Assembly: GCA_030059665.1 (NCBI GenBank)
Contig: JANVYR010000002.1
Coordinates: 1-64,000 of the forward strand
Reading direction: 5' to 3'
Origin: Candidatus Calditenuis fumarioli
Lineage (GTDB): Archaea; Thermoproteota; Nitrososphaeria_A; Caldarchaeales; Calditenuaceae
Length of the DNA: 64,000 nt
In this document: piece after piece, positions 38,878-48,361 of the stretch
Layout of the letters: the number at the start of each line of letters is the position of its first letter
Numbering within the stretch: position 1 is the stretch's first letter
Notes under the pieces: model-generated
What the model saw: the letters and a program-made list of their open reading frames with translations, nothing else
What the model was told of the DNA's origin: nothing
Database searches by the model: none
Made by a program: the position numbers and the translations under genes

Positions 38878-40116
38878 TCACCCTACCTCCACCTCGACCC
38901 TGTACACCTTGAACGCCAGAACGGGTTCTTCCGTCGGTAGGTCGATGAAGAAGCTGTCGAACTGGACGCCGGAGGGTATGGTGACGGTGGTCGTGACCTG
39001 GGCCAGCACGTTGTTGTTGCAGTCGATCAGCTTCAGCCTCAGAGGCACCGTTGCGGGCACGTCATACTCTTTCTTCGCCAGCTCGATCATGACGGTGGTG
39101 ACTATGGGCTCCTCGCCGACCCATGCGAAGAACTGCGTGATGAGCCGTACACCGCTGACGTGGACCACGCCCGCTGAGGGATGGTTGTAACTGCCGAAGT
39201 AGAACCTGTTGGGTATCACCGTGTAGGTTGGGGATGAGACGTCAACTGAGAACGGAGCTATGATCGAGCCCAGCGACTCCGGAGGCGTCACCCTGACCGG
39301 TTGCTCGGCGGAAGTGTCGATCCTCAGGTCGCTCGTGATAACTCCGCTGGAATCTCTGTCTGCGAGCACGAACGTGAAGCTCTGGGGAGTCGATACGCTG
39401 GGGCTGGCGTGCCTGAAGCTGACGTAGAGCTTGTCGGATCGCTGGGGCCTGATCTCGCCGTTATCGGCGTTGGTCACCGGATCCACCGAGGCCAGGAAGA
39501 CGGCCGGTGTCCCCTCGGGCGGAACGCAAACCTCCGGGTTTACCAATCCCGGATAAATGATCACCGTCTCGACGAACTGCATCTCGTCCGCCGAGACCTC
39601 GGGGTTGTTCTGGTCGTACAGGTTCCGAGCGATGTACCAGACCCTGAGCTTTGTCCGCTCTCCGAAGAAGCAGGTGGGACAGCCGGGGAGCTTGGTGCCT
39701 GGCAGATCAAGGGACCCCTTTGGAGGAATCGGGTCGAGCCCTCCGGCCCGGCCGCAGGCCAACCACCTCTGTGGCGGAGACGGGTACTGGCCTCCGATGG
39801 AACCGTCCTCCCTGATCAGCTCAAGCCTCACGACGCAGAGGTCAACGGTTGCGATGTTCCTCAGCCTGACGTTCCTCTTGTCGACGTCCAGCGGGTACTT
39901 CACCATCTCGAAGACCAGCATCCCGGAGGTCCTGACGAGGTGGATCGACCTGTCGGTCTTCTGGGTCAGGTCTGTGGCCGAGGCGCCGAACCAGTTGAAG
40001 GAGACCGCCATTAGCAGGATGCCGATGGCCACGGTGACCGATGCCAGGATCGCGGTGGAGACCGCCGGTGAAACCCCCGATGACCGCGATGAGCGGCGTG
40101 AGCGTGACCTTTTCAT
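38878..40116 (-). CDS. Large pilin-like protein (class III signal peptide)
   Basis: Basic leader RSRSRRSSRSSG|VSPAVSTAILASVTVAIG; LRNIA. First gene of the minor-pilin/ATPase operon, with AT-rich promoter at ~40125-40150. Confidence 0.8.
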   Translation of the reverse strand: MKRSRSRRSSRSSGVSPAVSTAILASVTVAIGILLMAVSFNWFGASATDLTQKTDRSIHLVRTSGMLVFEMVKYPLDVDKRNVRLRNIATVDLCVVRLELIREDGSIGGQYPSPPQRWLACGRAGGLDPIPPKGSLDLPGTKLPGCPTCFFGERTKLRVWYIARNLYDQNNPEVSADEMQFVETVIIYPGLVNPEVCVPPEGTPAVFLASVDPVTNADNGEIRPQRSDKLYVSFRHASPSVSTPQSFTFVLADRDSSGVITSDLRIDTSAEQPVRVTPPESLGSIIAPFSVDVSSPTYTVIPNRFYFGSYNHPSAGVVHVSGVRLITQFFAWVGEEPIVTTVMIELAKKEYDVPATVPLRLKLIDCNNNVLAQVTTTVTIPSGVQFDSFFIDLPTEEPVLAFKVYRVEVEVG

Positions 40117-40276
40117 TCTTGTGCAACCTTAATTTAAGCCAATATAAATTGATGGGAGTTAGCGACGTCGGTTCCTTCCCCGGAAACGCTTATATGTCGT
40201 GTTAAATCTGCCAAGTTCTACGCTTCCCTGATTTGCTGTTCGGAATGCCGTGGCCAAACCGTGATGCGGTTGCGGT

Positions 40277-40498
40277 TCACGCGGCCTGAGGGCCGGTTTC
40301 CGAACCGTTGAGCCTCCGGTGGAGCAGCTCTGCGGCCAGCAGCGCGAAGGCGAGCATCAGCACCGTGACGAGCGTGGCTATCGTGCCCTCGACGACCCAC
40401 TGACCCTGCGTCGCGCTGTAGATGAGGGTGAAGACGAACTCCCAGTAGGGCAGGCCGAGGTTCATCACGAGCGCCATCGGTGAGAGGATTGCGGTCAT
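40277..40498 (-). CDS. Small hydrophobic protein, possibly a 5'-truncated remnant
   Basis: Two TM helices. The frame stays open ~45 codons upstream with no ATG/GTG/TTG. Confidence 0.35.
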   Translation of the reverse strand: MTAILSPMALVMNLGLPYWEFVFTLIYSATQGQWVVEGTIATLVTVLMLAFALLAAELLHRRLNGSETGPQAA

Positions 40499-40689
40499 GA
40501 CGATCGGGTAGGTGACGAGCCTATTCGCAATTGCTTCGCCCCTGAAACCTGCGATGAGGACCGCTGTAATGTGGTGATTGATCCTGCTTTTTCGCGAGGA
40601 GACAGCGACTCGAAAAGAAGCGGTTAAGGGGCAAATTGGTTATGGAGACTGATCCAAAAAATGAGATGTCTTTGGGATTAAAGTCGTCC

Positions 40690-41154
40690 TTACGGTACCA
40701 GCACCGCAACTGGATACGTCTTGCCGCTCGTCGAGTGCAGGGCTACTTCGTTGGTCACTCCGCCCGTTCTGAAACAAGCATCAGGACCACCTTGCAAAAC
40801 GAAATACTCTGAGTTACCTATACCTAAATTAGCGGGAAGATTTTGGATTGCACCAGCTCTAGTAGGACCATGATTCACATTAGTACATGGTACTCCGTTG
40901 ACAAACACTTGGTCAACCACCGCAGGGCTGGACCCGCTGTTCTTCGCTATCACTACTACCGCGTCATCATTTGGATCAGCAGGATCTCCTGGATCAAAGT
41001 ACGCCGACACGATCTCGATCTTCTCGAACCTCGTGAAGACGCCGACGAGCCCCGACGCCCAGAAGGCCACCGCTATCGCTATCACTATCGCCACCGCCAC
41101 CAGGATCACCGTAGCGACCACAGGGCTTATCCCAGCCTTCCTCCTGTCCCTCAC
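40690..41154 (-). CDS. Archaeal type IV pilin (probable major pilin)
   Basis: GTG start RDRRKAG|ISPVVATVILVAVAIVIAIAVAFW; AKNSG; STSGKTY. Confidence 0.92.
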   Translation of the reverse strand: MRDRRKAGISPVVATVILVAVAIVIAIAVAFWASGLVGVFTRFEKIEIVSAYFDPGDPADPNDDAVVVIAKNSGSSPAVVDQVFVNGVPCTNVNHGPTRAGAIQNLPANLGIGNSEYFVLQGGPDACFRTGGVTNEVALHSTSGKTYPVAVLVP

Positions 41155-41308
41155 GTCCTCCCCATCATGACGTCCAATAGTTATTTCTTTTCTGCCCCGG
41201 AGGCGCCTGCGAAGGACCCGCACTTTAAACGATTTTCCGGACTGCCAACCGTTGACCTCGCTCCCTGGGACCCGACGACAGGTTGGCCATAGGAGTCGGG
41301 GCGAGCGA

Positions 41309-41740
41309 TCACCGGAAGCACGCGAAGGACTCGACCTCCAGCTCCCCCGAGACGCCGGTGCCCTGATCGGCCTGGAGCATCGTCGTGAAGGTCTTCCCGG
41401 TGGAGGTGATCACCCCCAGCTCCACCACGATCCCCGATGGAGGGCTCTCGACGAGCCGCACCTCGCACGTCACCTGGTCCCCGGGCCTGAGCAGCACCTC
41501 ACCCGAAGCCTCCGCAGCCGGCTTCCCCTGCAGCAGCAATACCCTGACCCTCGAGACCTCCACGCCCGGGTTCCTGACGAGGAAGACGATGGTCCTCGGA
41601 TCCTGCATGTAGGCCCCGGAGAGCTCCAGCCTCTCGAACCTTGTGGTTGCGGTGATGACGTTCAGCGCGAAGTACCCGACCGCCAGGGCCATAACCACGG
41701 CCACAACCACCAGGATCACCTTGGCCACCACCGGTGACAT
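41309..41740 (-). CDS. Second archaeal pilin whose basic leader lies in a different frame (split or leaderless)
   Basis: Begins MSPVVAKVILVVVAVVMALAV. An upstream mini-ORF at 41802-41740 (MRVGENAGRKAVISDGYSQP*) overlaps it by TGATG. Confidence 0.8.
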   Translation of the reverse strand: MSPVVAKVILVVVAVVMALAVGYFALNVITATTRFERLELSGAYMQDPRTIVFLVRNPGVEVSRVRVLLLQGKPAAEASGEVLLRPGDQVTCEVRLVESPPSGIVVELGVITSTGKTFTTMLQADQGTGVSGELEVESFACFR

Positions 41741-41853
41741 CAGGGTTGAGAATATCCATCCGAAATTACCGCTTTTCGGCCAGCGTTCTCACCCACCCGC
41801 ATCCCTGACCAGCAAAACATATTACCCCTCCGAGGGATGAAAGACGGCAGGGC

Positions 41854-43635
41854 ATGGGGTTCTCCGACTCCTTCGCGTCCTTCGCCTTCACCCACTTCAG
41901 GGGCCTCGGCAGCCGTCTGGTCCTGAGGCTCGCTCCGGGCATACCGGAGAAGCTCGACTCTACGGGCAAGCGGATCCACCCAGAGGTCTTCGCCTCGATG
42001 GTCTCGGCCGCCTTCGTCCTCTCCGCGATCGTCACCGGAGCTCTCATGGCGACCGTCTTCGTCCTGACAGGAGAGGCCCTCTTCGCGCTGCTCCTCCTCC
42101 CGATACCGTTCCTGGTCCTCCTCCTCGGCATCGCATACCCATACCTCTCCGCCTCCGGAGCCGCATCGATGTACGAGAGCGAGGTCCCCTACGCCGCTGC
42201 TTACCTGGCCGTGATGTCGACCGGCGGTATACCGCCCTTCAAGAGCCTCGAGCGCCTCTCCGAGAGCGAGCTCCTCCCCAACATCGCCAAGTCGGCGAAG
42301 ATCGCCAGGGTACACGTCTCCGTCGCCGGCGAGGACCCTGTCACCGCGATAGAGAAGATGGCCAAGGGCATACCCTCGAAGGAGTACAGGGACCTGCTGC
42401 TGGGATACGCGTCAACGCTCAGGTCCGGCGGCGACGTCGTCCACTTCCTGATCCGGAAGACGGAGCAGATCTTCACGTCGCGGATGGGGACGATGCGGAT
42501 CGTCGGCGAGCGCATGGGTATGCTGATGGAGGGTTACGCGGCCATAACCATGATGCTGTCGCTGGTGCTCTTCACGATCTACATCGTCTCGAGGGCCCTC
42601 CCCTCGGAGTTCATGGTCCTCCCGGCCGAGCAGTTCGCCATCATCGCGTACATCGTCCTGCCCATGCTCTCGATAGTCTTCCTTTACATCGCTGACATCA
42701 GTCAGCCCAAGTACCCCCAGACCGACCCGAGGCCGATGAGGGTCTTCTACTACACGCTCCCCGCGGGCTTCGCGTTCCTCGCGCTCTTCGTCCTGCCCTT
42801 CTACGTCACCGACCTCCAGTTCATCTCGCCCTTCAGGGAGACCTCCGGGTCGATCGTGGCCCTCAGGAAGCTGATGGGCCTCGAGCAGGGCTACGAGTCT
42901 TCGATCGCGCTCTGCCTGAACTTCATCGTCTTCTTCCTCCCCGGAGCCGTGGCCTTCATGAGGTACAGCAGGGAGAACTTCTCGGTCATCCACGGCATGA
43001 CCGTCTTCCTCAGGGACCTCACCGAGGTGCGGAAGACGGGCCTCAGCCCCGAGCAGTGCATCATCGACCTGTCCCGGAACAACTACGGCGCGTTCTCCAA
43101 GAGGCTGAAGGAGATAGCCCGGATGATCAGCTGGGGTCTCCCCCTCAGCAAGATCTACCAGGAGTTCGTCAAGAGGACGTACGGCTGGCTCGAGCGCGCA
43201 GGCATGTTCATTCTGATCGACGCAATAGACGTCGGTGGCGGAGCTCCCGAGACCCTCGAGGTCCTGACGTCGTTCTCCGAGGACCTGGAGGAGATCGAGC
43301 GTCAGAAGCGCGCAACCCTCAGGCCGCTGATGATGATCCCGTACCTCACGGCCCTCCTCCTGGTGACGGTGGTGGTGATCCTGGTGGTCTTCATGAGGGA
43401 GCTGCTCAAGGTGGCCCGGATGCCCATCTCCGCCGCCGAGTTCATCGGCTTCTTCCTCCCTCCGGTGATCTTCATCGCGGCCATCAGCGGCCTCGTCGCA
43501 GGTAAGATCTCCACCTCAAGGGTTGCAGGGGGCTTCGTTCACGCGGTGATACTCTCGGCGGTCTCGCTGATAGCGATCTGGATCACCGGCATCGTATCGG
43601 TGCAGCTCTTCCAGCTGCCGTCCGTCGGCGGTTGA
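41854..43635 (+). CDS. Type IV pilus membrane platform protein (TadC/FlaJ-like, two T2SSF domains)
   Basis: YESEVPYAAAYLAVMSTGG, STLRSGGD, FLRDLTEVRKTGLSP, DAIDVGGG, AGKISTSRVAGGFVH. Confidence 0.92.
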   Translation: MGFSDSFASFAFTHFRGLGSRLVLRLAPGIPEKLDSTGKRIHPEVFASMVSAAFVLSAIVTGALMATVFVLTGEALFALLLLPIPFLVLLLGIAYPYLSASGAASMYESEVPYAAAYLAVMSTGGIPPFKSLERLSESELLPNIAKSAKIARVHVSVAGEDPVTAIEKMAKGIPSKEYRDLLLGYASTLRSGGDVVHFLIRKTEQIFTSRMGTMRIVGERMGMLMEGYAAITMMLSLVLFTIYIVSRALPSEFMVLPAEQFAIIAYIVLPMLSIVFLYIADISQPKYPQTDPRPMRVFYYTLPAGFAFLALFVLPFYVTDLQFISPFRETSGSIVALRKLMGLEQGYESSIALCLNFIVFFLPGAVAFMRYSRENFSVIHGMTVFLRDLTEVRKTGLSPEQCIIDLSRNNYGAFSKRLKEIARMISWGLPLSKIYQEFVKRTYGWLERAGMFILIDAIDVGGGAPETLEVLTSFSEDLEEIERQKRATLRPLMMIPYLTALLLVTVVVILVVFMRELLKVARMPISAAEFIGFFLPPVIFIAAISGLVAGKISTSRVAGGFVHAVILSAVSLIAIWITGIVSVQLFQLPSVGG

Positions 43636-43653
43636 GCTCGCTGCTGAACGCCG

Positions 43654-45282
43654 TCAGACCAAGGAGCCCTTGATCCGGTCCACGATGACGGACAGCCTTC
43701 CGCGCAGCATCACCTCGCTCACGTCGGCTAGGTCTATCACTTCGATCTCGAGGTTCCTGGCCAGCTCCAGGAGCTCAGGAGCCAGCTTGCTGACGGATAG
43801 CACGTAAACGTGGTCGACCTTCTCGTGCACCTTGAACCAGAACGCCTCCGATATCACGTCCGCGGTGCTCTTGTACGGTGCTCCGACGCTGAACACCGCC
43901 GCAACAACCCTCCCGTAGGCCTTCACCACGAGGTCAGCCATCCTCGTGACCCCCATCTCGTCCACAGACACGTACGGGGCCTCGGTGATCAGCCCCGATG
44001 ACCTGAGGAGGTTCGTCAGCGCGATTATCGGCCTCTTCTCCCTCAGCACCGCATCCCTGTAGGCGGGTTTGAACCTGATGGCGGTGTACCGGAAGATCAG
44101 ACCGCTCTGGATGTCGTAGAACTCGCCGCAGGACTTGCAGTGGAACCTCGTCCTCGGGACGTCGAAGATCGCCCCGCACGCTCCGCACCTGAACATCGAG
44201 GAGTAGATCGTGAGGACACTCTGCTGACCGGTGCCCCTTTCTGCAGCTGCAGGCGTTCCTTCGGAGACGAGCGATAGCACCTTATCAGTCCTTATCTTGC
44301 ACTGGGGGCACTCGAAGTAGGCACCCCTGGTGAAGCTCTGCTGAGGACCGAGGTATCCGCAGTTACCGCACTGGTAGATGTCCTGCCTTACTATGTCGTC
44401 GGACCTGCACTGCGGACAGACGAGGTCAGCGAACGCGTCGGCCTTCAGGCATTTCGGACAGCATACCGATTTGAAGACGAAGCCCGCGTTCTCCAGGACG
44501 CCCTTCCGCAACAACGAGTTCACAGCGTCGTAGATCGTCGCCGGATCGTACAGCAGGGCCTTCTCGATAGCGAGGTATCTTCCGCCCGTCTCGGACGCTA
44601 TGTCCTTCACCGGGACCAGTGCACCCTCGACCTCCGCCATCATCTCAACGATTGCCCTCTCCTGCAGAGACAGTATCAGGGCCGGCTGCCTGAAACCTAT
44701 GACCTCAGCTATCCTCCTCTTCCCCTCCTGTGAGACATCGGCCTGTGGCCCGACCTCCTTCTGTTCCTGCTGTGCAACGAATTCCGCTGCTCTGGTCCCC
44801 TCCTTCGCCTCGACCCCACCTGTACCCGCTGCCGGACGAACTTCGCCTGGAGCTGGTTCCTGCACCGCGCCCTGAACCTGCTGGGCCGTCTCCGGGAAGG
44901 GAGGCCCCTCCGGAGCCTTACCCCTTGATGAGAAATACGACGCGGCGATGTGGACGATTGTGAAGATCGCTGGCTGAACCGCCGTGACCACGATCAGGGG
45001 CAAAACGTTGGGTGCCTCCGAGACGAAAACCGAATACAGCAGCACTCCAACCAACCATCCGAGTATCCCGGCTGTGAAAGTTGCGTAGTAGTACTCGGAG
45101 CCCCTCGTCCAGGGTATCAGCAAAACGAGCAAGGAGAGGAGACCCCCGATGATCCCCGGAGCTATCGCGATGAACTCCAGAGGTAGCGCCCTCGAGATGA
45201 CGATCGCTATGACCGTGATGGGTGTTATTGCGAGCGTTGTGACGGCGAACGGGATCGCTGATTCCCTGCCGAGTAACTTCAT
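43654..45282 (-). CDS. Membrane protein with TackOD1-like multi-zinc-ribbon domain and degenerate endonuclease-like C-terminal fold
   Basis: Four N-terminal TM helices; low-complexity linker; six CxxC pairs (CPKC, CPQC, CGNC, CPQC, CGAC, CKSC); tail RMADLVVK...VDHVYVL. Confidence 0.7.
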   Translation of the reverse strand: MKLLGRESAIPFAVTTLAITPITVIAIVISRALPLEFIAIAPGIIGGLLSLLVLLIPWTRGSEYYYATFTAGILGWLVGVLLYSVFVSEAPNVLPLIVVTAVQPAIFTIVHIAASYFSSRGKAPEGPPFPETAQQVQGAVQEPAPGEVRPAAGTGGVEAKEGTRAAEFVAQQEQKEVGPQADVSQEGKRRIAEVIGFRQPALILSLQERAIVEMMAEVEGALVPVKDIASETGGRYLAIEKALLYDPATIYDAVNSLLRKGVLENAGFVFKSVCCPKCLKADAFADLVCPQCRSDDIVRQDIYQCGNCGYLGPQQSFTRGAYFECPQCKIRTDKVLSLVSEGTPAAAERGTGQQSVLTIYSSMFRCGACGAIFDVPRTRFHCKSCGEFYDIQSGLIFRYTAIRFKPAYRDAVLREKRPIIALTNLLRSSGLITEAPYVSVDEMGVTRMADLVVKAYGRVVAAVFSVGAPYKSTADVISEAFWFKVHEKVDHVYVLSVSKLAPELLELARNLEIEVIDLADVSEVMLRGRLSVIVDRIKGSLV

Positions 45283-45413
45283 CTCCCTCCGAGTTTATAT
45301 GCTGTGCTCAGCGGAATAAATCCTTTTGATGCGGAATGCTGCCTACAACTCCGAGCTAACCGGAAAGCCATCAGCTGACGGTGACGCCGTTATATCCGTC
45401 GACGTGATGGCGT

Positions 45414-46763
45414 GTGATGGGTTTGCAGCGGGTCGCGATTCCCTGGACCGAGAAGTACAGGCCCAGGAGGGTGAGCGAGGTGGTGGGCAACGGGGAGGCG
45501 GTCCAGGCTTTCCTCGAGTGGGTGAGGAGCTGGAGCTCGGGAAGGCCCGCGAAGAAGGCGGCCCTTCTCCACGGCCCTCCGGGAACAGGGAAGACCTCGC
45601 TGGTCATCGCCTTCGCGGAGGAGAACGGCTACGACCTGGTCCAGCTCAACGCCAGCGACAGGAGGTCGGCCGAGGACATCAAGAACCTCCTCGGGCAGGC
45701 GGTCAGGGCTGCCTCGGTCTTCGGGCGGAGGAGGATCGTCCTGATCGACGAGGTCGACGGTCTCTCGACCGTTGCCGATGCGGGTGGCGTCAGAGCCATC
45801 GCTTCCCTGATCGACCGGACCGAGGTTCCTATCGTGCTGGTGGCCAACGACCCCTGGGATCCATCCCTTCAGGAGCTAAGGTCCAGGTGCGAGATGATCG
45901 GTTTCAGGAGGCTGAGGGCTAAGGAGGTTTTGTCGAGGCTGGAGGAGATCTGCAGGAGGGAGGGAGTCTCGGTCGACCGGGAGGTCCTCGAGTCCATCGC
46001 AGAGCGCTCGAAGGGCGACATGAGGGCCGCCATCAACGACCTCCAGCTGGTGGCTACCTCTGGATCGGATCCGAGGAGGGTCCTCGAGTCGATACCGAAC
46101 AGGGTGATCGAGCTCAACGCGTTCGAGCTCCTCGGCCGGATCTTCGGAGCCCACCGCTTCTCCGAGGGAAGGGGAACGCTTGCCAACACAGACCTCGACG
46201 TGGACACGGTCTTCACGTGGGTCCTGGACAACCTGGACCAGCAGATCAGGGACCCGCAGGCGCTCCATGAGGCGTACAAGGTCCTGGCCGACGCAGACCT
46301 TCACCTGAGGAGGGCCACGAGGCTCCAGCGCTGGGAGCTGATGAAGTACGGCACCATCCTGCTCTCCGCAGGGCCCGGCGTGATCAAGGCAACAGTGGCG
46401 GAGAAGGGAGGGAGGTTCGAGTTCCCCGCGAGGATCAGGTTCATGCAGCAGACCAAGGACGTCCGGACGCTTGCCGACTCGATCCTTACGAAGGTCACCA
46501 GGAGGCTCCACATGTCCAGGGCGAAGGCCGCGGTCCACTTCCTGCCCTACCTGAGGCTGATGCTGAAGGCCGGCGATCGCGGGATCGCGAGGCACTTCAG
46601 ACTCACGGAGGAGGAGATAGGGTATCTGGTCTCGAGGGCGCCGGAGCTCAGGGTTCAGCCGGCAGAGGTGAGGGAGTCCGTTGAGGAGCGGGCGAGGCCC
46701 CAGGCTAAGGCTAGACGCGCCGGAACGGCGTCAGGGCGGTCAACGGGACGATCCCGCGCATGA
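45414..46763 (+). CDS. rfcL: Replication factor C large subunit
   Basis: PWTEKYRP, GPPGTGKT, LNASDRRS, LIDEVDG, SRC, GDMRAAINDLQ. Confidence 0.95.
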   Translation: MMGLQRVAIPWTEKYRPRRVSEVVGNGEAVQAFLEWVRSWSSGRPAKKAALLHGPPGTGKTSLVIAFAEENGYDLVQLNASDRRSAEDIKNLLGQAVRAASVFGRRRIVLIDEVDGLSTVADAGGVRAIASLIDRTEVPIVLVANDPWDPSLQELRSRCEMIGFRRLRAKEVLSRLEEICRREGVSVDREVLESIAERSKGDMRAAINDLQLVATSGSDPRRVLESIPNRVIELNAFELLGRIFGAHRFSEGRGTLANTDLDVDTVFTWVLDNLDQQIRDPQALHEAYKVLADADLHLRRATRLQRWELMKYGTILLSAGPGVIKATVAEKGGRFEFPARIRFMQQTKDVRTLADSILTKVTRRLHMSRAKAAVHFLPYLRLMLKAGDRGIARHFRLTEEEIGYLVSRAPELRVQPAEVRESVEERARPQAKARRAGTASGRSTGRSRA

Positions 46764-47173
46764 GGGGCATGTACTGGGAGGAAGAGGAGGGTAGGAGGTT
46801 CAGGTGGCGCACGATGGACGAGCGGGGTCGAGAGCAGGTCCTCACCAAGGTGAGAGAATTGCTGGAGGCCGACAACGACGTGGTGCTCGCGGTCGTCCAC
46901 GGCTCCTTCCTCTCCGGCGGCCCCTTCCGGGACCTGGACATCGCGGTCTACGTGAGGGGAGGGGTTGACGCGCTGGACAAGAAGATCGAGCTGGAGCGGG
47001 CCCTTGAGGAAGCGACGGGCCTTCCCGTCGACGTGAGCGTCCTGAACGAGGCACCGGCGTGGTTCGTGAGGAGGGCCCTCTCTAATTGCAGGGTGCTAGT
47101 GGAGCGCTACCCCGTCCTGGAGCGGTTGTACCTGATGAGCGTCGATGCCTCCACCGAGAACGTCCGGGACTGA
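46760..47173 (+). CDS. Minimal nucleotidyltransferase (MNT/MntA-type antitoxin)
   Basis: VVHGSFLSGGPFRDLDIAVY (GS-x10-DxD), LPVDVSVLNEAP. Start may be MDERG, ~50 nt downstream. Confidence 0.85.
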   Translation: MRGMYWEEEEGRRFRWRTMDERGREQVLTKVRELLEADNDVVLAVVHGSFLSGGPFRDLDIAVYVRGGVDALDKKIELERALEEATGLPVDVSVLNEAPAWFVRRALSNCRVLVERYPVLERLYLMSVDASTENVRD

Positions 47174-47185
47174 GGCCCTTCTGTG

Positions 47186-48361
47186 TCAGCCGTGGTGGCC
47201 CTGACCAGTTCCCCTCTTGAGGAGGGCCGTCAGCTCGCGCTCGAGGATCGACGCGGGCACCTCCGGCAGCGTGATGTAGCTCTTCCTCCCCCTTATGCCC
47301 TCGCTCTTGACCCGGATCCTGATGAAGCCCTGGTCCTCGAGGCGCTGGAGGATCTCCCAGAACCTCGTGGATGCCCTCGGAGCCACCTGGTGCTCCTCGC
47401 AGACCATCGCGTAGTACCTGCTCAGCTCGCTCGCGGTCACCGAAGGGGCGTTGTTGCTCAGGAAGTACCTCGCGAGGGACAAGAGTACCAGCTTCTCGTG
47501 GAGCGACAGGTAGTGCAGGCTCTCCCTCCTGATGGCGGGGTAGACGCTGGCCGCGGCCTTCCTCACGTGCTCCGCCCTCACCCTCTGAGAACCCTCCTGC
47601 TCCGCGAACTTACCAGCCCTCCAGAGGAGCTCGATCGCGTACCGGGCGTCGCCCCTCTCCGCAGCCAGGTCCACGATCGCCTCTATCGCCTCCTCGGTCA
47701 CCACGCCCTCGTGGAAGGCCTCGGATGCCCTGTACTCGACGATGTCGCGGAGCTGCCGGTGGTCGTACTCGCTCAGGTTGATCACGTTGGTGAGGAACAT
47801 CGTCCTGGTCCCCTCGTCGACTCCCTGGAACGCCTCGAGCCCCCGCGAGATCAGGAGCACCGAGAGCCTCGACCCTCCCCTTCTCTCCTCCCCCACCCTC
47901 GCGAGGTAGTAGAGGGCCTCCTGCTCCTCCCTCAGTAACGCGTCCACCTCGTCCAGGGCCAGCACGACCCGAACGTCCCTCTCCTCGAGGTAGTCGAGCA
48001 GGTCGTGGAGGAGCTCCTCGTTGGACAGGCCCCTGGTTGGTATCCCGGCCCTCAGCTGCTCTATCGCCCGCTTAAGGACCGAGAAGAGCGTCCGGTGGAT
48101 GCGGCAGTTGACGTACGCGAACCTGACGTCCGTCGAGGATTCCCTCGCGAGCTCCTCAGCCCTCCTCCCGAAGAGCTTGGAGAGCGCGGTCTTCCCCGTG
48201 CCGGTGGGCCCCGCGATCAGCGCCCTGACCGGTGCGGTCCTCCTCCCGGAGACGAACGATGAGAAGAGGGACGTCAGGTGATCGAGCTCTTCCTCCCTGT
48301 GGGGGAGCCTCGAGGGGACGTACTCGGGCGAGAGCTTGTCCTCGTCCCTGAAGATCCACAT
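47186..48361 (-). CDS. cdc6: Orc1/Cdc6 replication initiator
   Basis: IFRDEDKLSPEYVP..LPHRE, GPTGTGKT, YVNC, LALDEVD, GDARYAIELL, C-terminal wHTH. ATG 48361 follows an AGGAGGG SD. Confidence 0.95.
   Translation of the reverse strand: MWIFRDEDKLSPEYVPSRLPHREEELDHLTSLFSSFVSGRRTAPVRALIAGPTGTGKTALSKLFGRRAEELARESSTDVRFAYVNCRIHRTLFSVLKRAIEQLRAGIPTRGLSNEELLHDLLDYLEERDVRVVLALDEVDALLREEQEALYYLARVGEERRGGSRLSVLLISRGLEAFQGVDEGTRTMFLTNVINLSEYDHRQLRDIVEYRASEAFHEGVVTEEAIEAIVDLAAERGDARYAIELLWRAGKFAEQEGSQRVRAEHVRKAAASVYPAIRRESLHYLSLHEKLVLLSLARYFLSNNAPSVTASELSRYYAMVCEEHQVAPRASTRFWEILQRLEDQGFIRIRVKSEGIRGRKSYITLPEVPASILERELTALLKRGTGQGHHG

Noticed and set aside
41738-41802. Canonical bulge-helix-bulge intron
   Set aside because: Manual pairing gave no valid 4-bp central helix for the registers tried. 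The split itself is kept as a finding.
33227-43635. Archaellum (flagellum) operon
   Set aside because: No FlaH, FlaF or FlaG and no archaellin-type sequences; the pilins and gene order fit a type IV pilus.
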